A stretch of 63,928 nucleotides of DNA, the filler included, from Atractiella rhizophila (Eukaryota): assembly GCA_021432655.1 (NCBI GenBank). It is 3 parts of 3 records of this genome, joined end to end, with 100 filler letters (N's around TTAATTAATTAA, not from the genome) between each part and the next. Parts side by side here need not be neighbours in the genome. Positions count along the whole stretch, not along the records: positions 53,225 to 63,928 come from MU271763.1; 2 more parts are not named here. One strand, 5' to 3'. The first letter of the stretch is position 1. Each line of letters begins with the position of its first letter. This document shows, in pieces, positions 62,448 to 63,928 of the stretch. The translations under genes were made by a program, and so were the position numbers. Under the pieces are notes generated by a model. The model did not search any database. It was not told the origin of the DNA and worked only from the letters and a program-made list of their open reading frames with translations.

Positions 62448-63928
62448 ATGTTCATCATTTTCTTGTCTATTTTCTTGTCTGTTTTCATAGTTTTGATTAT
62501 GTTGTTCGCCCTTAAAATGGTTGAGATGGTTCAAGCTTCATCATCTGACGATTTCCCGACAGCGCAGGTATTTCCCCCTCTCATCTGACCTAAATTATGG
62601 ACTATACTTTGACGTCTCTTCTCAGGAAATGATCGAGCGGCAAACGAAGACCCCGTACCAGAATTCTCGGGAAGACATCCAACCGTCAACAGTTTCCTTA
62701 CACCATGATTCCCATTCTCGAGAAGAATTTGGGCAGCAAGCACGTTGCACAAGCCAGCATTCTCGGGAAGACATCGAGCAGCCAATAAAAATCTCAAACC
62801 ATGATTCTCGTGAAGAAATTGGGCCACAAGCACCTGGCGCGCGCCATGATTCTCAATCAGAGTCGACGGCACTTGTCCATTTCATCACGCCAGCGACACG
62901 TACTCGTTTGTTCTACCTATCCGTTCTTCGCTCTTTCCTCTCTGGCCTGCCTTCGTCAACTTGCGTGCTCCGGATCAATTTTGCTATACCATCTCGGTTC
63001 ACGGATGAGGACCCCGCTTGGATCTCCTCGAAACTATCCCATTTCTCATTTGAGCATCTCGAAGAAACAGTCGACGGCGACGGTGTATGTGTAGCGAATC
63101 TTGACATCAACTTAGGAGGGGCGGCTAGCCCTCCTCCAGTTGTTGATTCATCTGCCCATTCATTTTGCGACTCGTCGCATGGTTCAATTTTCGACTCACC
63201 TTTCAACCCATGCCCAACTATCAATTCACTTGCTAATTCATCTATCAATCCATCTGTCGGTTCATCTGCCAACTCAACTGGTCTGCCCAGGGAAGTGGAA
63301 CACCTCACCACTTGGACATTTTGTCTCCTGCCAGAATATCGCTCTCAAGCCATCTTCGTCCCGATCGCTCTGTACTCTGATACTGAACACCGTTTTGTCC
63401 CTTTCAGGGATGACGAATCATCATCGCTTCTGTTTCCTCATCCGAACGCAGTGGCCATCATACAACTCTCTCTCTCTGCTGCTCCATTGATTAGTTCATC
63501 CCCTATCTCTCGCCTACCTATCGAGCTCTTGTCTCTTATCTTCGCCCTTCTCGGAGATTCTCTGCTCGGATACCACACAGTTTCTATTCTGTCTGACGTG
63601 TGCAAGCTCTGGAGGAAAGTTGCAGTCCCTTATATGTACGAACCTGGATCTGTCAGGGAGAAATACGCCCGCGTACAATCAAACTCTGGTGCTGGAATTC
63701 TCTGGAAAACACTGTGGCTTCAAGGATGTATTAATGTCGAAATGGCCAAAGTGGTCATTGAGGCATCTCCTCACGTGACGCGAGTGTACCTGGACGCGTG
63801 GTGGGATAGTGAGGAGGCGAAGATTGTGTTGCGTGCGATTTCAGGTTTGAGAGGGTTGGTGGAGGTAACCTTTGGATCTGAAGGTCGGAGGAAGTGGAAG
63901 AAGGACGAAGTCGAGAACTTTACACATC
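62448..63928 (+). CDS. F-box protein, 3' end beyond the window
   Basis: Short first exon, intron GTATTT..CTCAG (about 62568-62625), then an open frame to the window end containing PISRLPIELLSLIF..LSDVCKLWRKVAVPYMY and LRR-like segments. Confidence 0.8.

Overview
Eukaryotic, intron-rich fungal DNA, most likely a basidiomycete (GT/GC-AG introns of about 45-60 nt). It has three assembly gaps, two carrying an artificial TTAATTAATTAA linker. Most of the first 52 kb is tandem duplication. (1) At 1-25 kb, three copies of a ~10.5-11.5 kb unit each carry a minus-strand NLR-type immune receptor: patatin, STAND/NB-ARC-like NTPase and a 40-aa TPR array. The patatin lacks its catalytic Asp motif, repeat number differs between copies, copy 2 is a mosaic, and a cryptic last exon encodes a probable membrane tail anchor. 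Decayed passenger genes (METTL25-like and others) lie between the copies, and a copia LTR sits upstream of copy 3. (2) At 26-43 kb, three copies of an orphan divergent two-gene module occur, one interrupted by a hAT element. (3) At 44-52.6 kb there is a phosducin-like gene (with a decayed copy at 34 kb) and two tandem dipeptidyl peptidase III genes. The right end holds a KDM3-like JmjC gene with substituted iron ligands, a pterin-4a-carbinolamine dehydratase, a C9orf78/Hep_59 homologue and an F-box gene. All calls come from reading motifs by eye; no database search was run.
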